Positions 61,110 through 64,000 of a stretch of DNA of 64,000 nucleotides are shown here, in pieces (position 1 is the stretch's first letter; every line of letters begins with the position of its first letter). This DNA comes from Mobula hypostoma (Eukaryota), in assembly GCF_963921235.1 (NCBI RefSeq), contig NC_086109.1, positions 20,896,001-20,960,000 on the forward strand, given 5' to 3'. The translations under genes and the position numbers were made by a program. The notes under the pieces are model-generated. The model ran no database searches and was not told the origin of the DNA. It saw only the letters and a program-made list of their open reading frames with translations.

Positions 61110-63744
61110 AGTACAAACCAGAGAATTGTAGACTAGTGGGCAAGTGACTAGAGTGGTTCTAAGAGTTCACCTGCATTTCAAAAAGGAAACACCAAGGGAA
61201 GTTAGTATGCCTTATGAATGTGAAGTCCCTCAAATTGATATTTTTTTTTTGTGAAGAGGTGACCAAGAGAATGAAGACAGGTTGCTAGTTTACATGGATT
61301 TTAGCAATGCCTTTGTCAATGTCAAACTTGGTAAGCTGGTCTGCAAGATTAGATCACATGAATCAGGGAGATCAGTCATTGGCTACAAAATTGACTTGAT
61401 GGCAACAAGGATTGTTTTTCTGGATTGAAGTTCTTTGACAAGTGAATTGACTACATCCTTCATATATACAAGGAGTAAAAATCTTTACAGTACATCTCCA
61501 TCTAAATGTGCAATTTATAGTAATTGTAATAGTGTGTACAACAGGACAGTCAATATAATAAATAGAATTGTATCAGCATGAACTAATCAGTCTGATGGCC
61601 TGGTGGAAGAAGCTGTTCTAGAGCCTGCTGGTCCTGGCTTATGCTGCAGTACTGTTTCCCAGATGGTAACACTTGGAACAGTTTGCAGTTGGGTGACTTG
61701 GGTCCACAATGATTCTTAAGGCCCTTCTTCCCCCCCCCCCAACACACCTGTCTTTGTAAATGTTCTGAATAGTGAGAAGTTCACATCTGCAGATGTGCTG
61801 GGCTGTCCACACGACTCTAGAGTCCTGAGATTGGGGAAAGTACAGATTCCATACCAGGCAGTGATGCAGCCAGTGAGAATGGTCTCAATTGTGTCCCTGT
61901 AGAAAATCCTTGGGATTTGGGAGCCCGTACAAAACTTCCACTGAGTTGAAAGAGGCACTGTTGTGTTTCTTTTTCACCACACAGCTGGTATGTACAGACC
62001 ATGTGAGATCCTCAGTGATGTGTATGCCAACAGACAAAGCTGTTCACCCTCTCGACCCTAGATTCATTGATCAATGTCAACCTGTCAATTCCTCCAGCAA
62101 TCCACAACCAGCTCCTTTGTTTTTGGACATCAGTCATGATGATGACTGCTGTAGGCTGCCTTTTATTTGTGATTAGGCCAATCAATGTAGTGTCATCAGC
62201 AAAATTAGCAGATTGGAGCTGTGGGTGGCAACACAGTCATGGGTATACAGATTAAAAGGAGTGTGCCACAGGGATCAAAATTGGTCTATTGTTGCTCATC
62301 TATCAGAGATTTGGATAAGTAGGTGTCATGGTTAATAATTATGTGGCAGACACCAGAAAGTGGGTGGTAAAGGATTATCCAAGATTACAATAGGATCTAT
62401 ATTCACTGGAACAGTGGGCCAAGCAATTGAGGATGGAATTTAACCAAATGCAAACTTTTTATTTCGGGAAGTTAATTAGGGTAGACTTGCATACAAGTGG
62501 CTTAGAGTCATACAACAGAAAGCTCTAGAACAAGTACATAAAACGGTGATAAAGGCAGCATTTGGCACATTTACCATTGTCAGCATTAAGTATAGGTGTT
62601 GAAATATCATGCTATGGCTGTACAGTTTGGCAAGACCATACAGAGTATCACGTACAGTTCTAGTCACCTAGCTGTAGGAAAGATGTCAACACTGGAAAGG
62701 GTGCAAATAGATTCATGAGGATGTTAGCAAGCCTGGAGAGCTTAGGATATTCTCCACCACCCCCCCCCCCCCCCACCACCAGATTGCAGAGGCAGATGGG
62801 CCTTTAGTTATACAAGATAATAATTAGCATGAAGTAAATTATCCTCAGGTTAGGGAGTCTACAATTAGAGGACTAGGTTTAAGGAGTAGGGAAAGATTTA
62901 AAGAGGATACAAGGGACAAGTTAACAAAATGCATAATATGGAATAAACCAACAGAACTGGAAAGGGCAAATACAACAGTTCAGTCATGGACACTGTTAGG
63001 AAAAGTATAGTCCAAACACAGGCAAATTGTATTACAACAGGAAGCTATCTTAGTTACTATAGATGAATTGATACAAAGACCCCCATTTTTGTGCTGCACA
63101 ATTCGGGCATTCTGCAAGTTGTTGTTCAACCTAGTCCACAGATATCCAGCCTTTTGATTTTTAACTTGAGTTGCAACTATGACACAGGTTTGGAGTTAAA
63201 TATGGCGGGTTATCTATTTAACATAATTTGGAAATGTTACTCTGGGAAACAAAAACATGGAAATGGGTTGTTCAGACCACTGTCTACAATGGTAATCAAA
63301 TGCCTACTACACTAATCCCACTTTATTCCCACCTCTCTCATCTCACCTACCAAGAGCAATTTGCTATGGCCAAATAAATTTACAACTGCCCATCAAGGAT
63401 ATGGATGAAACCTACATGGTAATAAGGTGCATATGCAAAGTTCAGCACTGGAGATCAGGATTGAACTGTCTGGTCCCTGGGTGTACAAGACAGCAGCTAC
63501 TAGCAGTGCTACTGTCCTACTTGATAGACTTTACTTTCTTTATTCAAAGGCCAATGACTGAGATTTGAAATGTGGCCAAAGGGCACCACAGTAGCATAAC
63601 AGCACAACACTATACAGTTCAAGGAATTGGAGTTCAATCCCAGCATTTCCGGTAAGGAGTCTCCATGTCCTCCCATTGAATGCATGGGTTTTCTCTGGAT
63701 CCTCCACTTTACTACACAGTGGAAAGACATACTGGGTAGGCTAA

Positions 63745-64000
63745 CCCAGTATGTGGTAGAGGGAGTACATTTGGATTGGAGGGTTGTGACTAGTGGTGTC
63801 CCACAAGAATCTGTTCTGGGACCTCTACTTTTCATGATTTTTATTAACGACCTGGATGTGGGGGTAAAAGGGTGGGTTGGCAAATTTGCAGACGACAAAA
63901 AAATTTGGTGGTGGTGTAGATAGTGTAGAGGATTGTCGAAGATTGCAGAGACATTGATAGGATGCAGAAGTGGGCTGAGAAGTGGCAGATGGAGTTCAAG
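63745..64000 (+). mobile_element. CR1 RT fragment running off the window end
   Basis: [31 protein letters not shown]. Confidence 0.8.

Noticed and set aside
1..64000. CRISPR arrays, rRNA/tRNA genes or prokaryotic operons
   Set aside because: None seen; the tRNA-like boxes belong to SINE heads and the sequence is vertebrate intronic DNA.

Overview
Eukaryotic, intron-rich vertebrate DNA. The repeat content (CR1, Rex1/Babar, V-SINE/HE1-like, Deu-SINE remnants, Penelope-derived palindromes, Tc1) suggests a cartilaginous fish, probably a ray; this is inference. The only host gene I can support is the 3' part of MOV10 (UPF1-like SF1 RNA helicase) on the + strand. It has 15 coding exons (3457..54976; 1854 nt, 617 aa plus stop), all GT-AG and phase-compatible, with helicase motifs I-VI intact and a C-terminus of ...VEPEWRSEV*. 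The 5' exons lie upstream of the window, and most exons are absent from the ORF track. Introns and the 3' flank are mostly transposon debris, often nested. The most interesting signal is a dispersed family of Penelope-derived, often palindromic short elements carrying a minimal type-I hammerhead ribozyme (GUC-CUGANGA-AGGG..CCC-GAAA-CGUC-GAC). Three copies have intact cores on the MOV10 sense strand. A truncated Penelope copy of the same family (GIY-YIG C-terminus, inverted pLTRs, 15-bp TSD) lies at 39.5-40.5 kb. Other oddities are a fold-back Tc1 made of two right ends, Tc1 derivatives ending in TIR-TIR hairpins, a solo LTR, an ORF2-deleted CR1 and a 24-bp micro-inversion. All calls come from reading the sequence by eye; TE family names and fragment boundaries are approximate.
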